Translations under genes and position numbers: made by a program | Assembly (NCBI GenBank): GCA_010015805.1 | Contig: ML978129.1 | Location: forward strand, 1 to 64,000 | Reading direction: 5' to 3' | Source of the DNA: Rhizodiscina lignyota | Taxonomy: Eukaryota | DNA length: 64,000 bases | Shown here: piece by piece, positions 63,708 to 64,000 of the stretch | Layout: every line of letters begins with the position of its first letter | Position numbering within the stretch: the stretch's first letter is position 1 | The notes under the pieces: model-generated | The model's database searches: none | What the model was told of the DNA's origin: nothing | Seen by the model: the letters and a program-made list of their open reading frames with translations, nothing else

Positions 63708-64000
63708 ATGGCACCCAATTCCGCCTCTCAACGCGGCTCATATCTCTTTTTCCTCCTGTCTCCTGTCATATTCTCCCAGCTTGCCGGCGCTGCGACTGTT
63801 ACAGTCTTCAACACGATCAACACGTGTCCTGCAAGACGCACGGTTACAAAGACAGTAACTCCCACGACAACCGTCACACCTTCAGGTTCAAGGCCATCGA
63901 GCACGTTGGAAGTCTCGCAAGATGGCAGCTGCGGCGGCACGACTGGGTACACGTGCGCAGGCGACCCATACGGAGAATGCTGTATGCTTCTCCCAAGCAT
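63708..64000 (+). CDS. Secreted protein with chitin-binding CBM18/hevein-like domain (runs off the window end)
   Basis: Not in the ORF track. ATG 63708 gives MAPNSASQRGSYLFFLLSPVIFSQLAGA, a Thr-rich linker and VSQDGSCGGTTGYTCAGDPYGEC, followed by a GTATGC donor. Confidence 0.75.
   Translation, partial: MAPNSASQRGSYLFFLLSPVIFSQLAGAATVTVFNTINTCPARRTVTKTVTPTTTVTPSGSRPSSTLEVSQDGSCGGTTGYTCAGDPYGECCMLLPS

Overview
Gene-dense DNA from a filamentous ascomycete (Pezizomycotina-type introns with GT...CTAAC/CTGAC...YAG). Most of the window is conserved housekeeping genes: an FHA splicing factor (SNIP1/Pml1-like), prenylcysteine oxidase, Med14, a divergent GT31/GT34 glycosyltransferase pair, atg22, oxr1, trm10, a WLM protease, ant1, palB, vps4, prefoldin 6, NDUFA13, an MFS permease, fks1, a GH72 gel/gas gene and the start of a CBM18 protein. 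Between atg22 and oxr1 lies an accessory-looking block of about 12.5 kb (20.4-33.1 kb). It holds an intact NACHT-ankyrin NLR, an intact secreted carboxylesterase, a truncated BTB gene and three pieces of a fungal 2OG-Fe(II) oxygenase-family gene, one disrupted by a 296-bp TA-flanked MITE. It also holds a stop-riddled, intron-containing relic that reads like a tyrosine recombinase (Starship-captain/Crypton-like) and is not visible as a single ORF in the track. Other notable points are Phe at the Fks1 position equivalent to S. cerevisiae W695 (echinocandin hot spot 3), two GC-AG introns, and palB-vps4 and fks1-gel adjacency. All gene models and family calls were made by eye, with no database searches.
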